64,000 nt of DNA from Lachnospiraceae bacterium (GTDB lineage Bacteria > Bacillota > Clostridia > Lachnospirales > Lachnospiraceae), in contig JAFSTN010000044.1 in the NCBI GenBank assembly GCA_017450485.1, positions 72,792 through 136,791 of the forward strand, given 5' to 3'. Positions 63,777 to 64,000 of the stretch are shown one piece after another. How positions within the stretch are numbered: position 1 is the stretch's first letter; the number at the start of each line of letters is the position of its first letter. Made by a program: the position numbers and the translations under genes. The notes beneath the pieces are model-generated. The model made no database searches. It was given only the letters and a program-made list of their open reading frames with translations, and had not been told where the DNA came from.

Positions 63777-64000
63777 ATCAGGGCATCAAATATGCCCATT
63801 AAAGCTTCATAATGCTTCTCGGGTGAATATCTGTCACTCACGGGCTTATGAGCCTCAATACCCATTCTGATGACGGCATCATCATCATCCATGAGCAGGA
63901 TCTTATCCGTCAGTTCATCCACATTCCGCGGCTCATACAGATAGCCGTTCACCGAATCATCTACCAGCTCACTCAGGCTCCCGATATCGGCAGCTATCAG
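63773..64000 (-). CDS. C-terminal 75 codons of a GT4-type glycosyltransferase (gene starts beyond the right edge)
   Basis: Manual minus-strand translation, in frame from 64000, gives LIAADIGSLSELVDDSVNGYLYEPRNVDELTDKILLMDDDDAVIRMGIEAHKPVSDRYSPEKHYEALMGIFDALI. The stop TGA overlaps the ATG of the next gene (ATGA). This is a typical GT-B C-terminal segment. Confidence 0.7.
   Translation of the reverse strand: MIAADIGSLSELVDDSVNGYLYEPRNVDELTDKILLMDDDDAVIRMGIEAHKPVSDRYSPEKHYEALMGIFDALI

Overview
All family calls below come from reading motifs and domain order by eye. No alignments or HMM searches were run.

The window looks like chromosome from a flagellated Firmicutes/Clostridia-type bacterium; that taxon guess is inference from gene content and operon order. 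Nearly every gene is on the minus strand with short gaps or overlaps.

**Left 12 kb.** It starts with the tail of an amino-acid ABC transporter (permease start plus binding lipoprotein), a CaCA Na+/Ca2+ exchanger, a CE2-like SGNH esterase and argF. A late flagellar operon follows in the Bacillus-type order flgM-flgN-flgK-flgL-fliW-csrA, driven by a good sigma-28 promoter. It carries two tandem flgK paralogs and a second FlgN-like ORF.

**12.0 to 18.6 kb.** This stretch holds mscL with a zinc-ribbon tail, two GT2 genes, a DUF975 membrane protein, a phosphohexomutase, and a compact candidate type I toxin-antitoxin module. That module is a 30-codon TxpA/BsrG-like ORF between convergent near-consensus promoters.

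**18.6 kb to the right edge.** This is a roughly 45 kb cell-envelope glycopolymer locus containing:
- coiled-coil multidomain GT2 enzymes;
- a WbdD-like methyltransferase/kinase-like protein with Wzt/Wzm-type ABC export;
- rfbC, rfbA and rfbB;
- two membrane-anchored GH25 muramidases;
- two GtrB-like polyprenol-phosphate glycosyltransferases with several large polytopic (GT-C/Wzy-like) membrane proteins and a YdjC-type deacetylase;
- an acyltransferase-3 protein;
- an FkbH-ACP-MaoC-SDR-MBOAT-DltD-like block that looks like a Dlt-type carrier-protein-dependent acylation pathway;
- a radical SAM/SPASM enzyme;
- a membrane-domain/TagA(GT26)/GT4 fusion.

A previously unannotated hairpin repeat occurs four times, each just after a minus-strand stop codon. 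It has an invariant 33-nt tip on copy-specific stems.

No rRNA, tRNA, CRISPR array, transposase or integrase was recognised.
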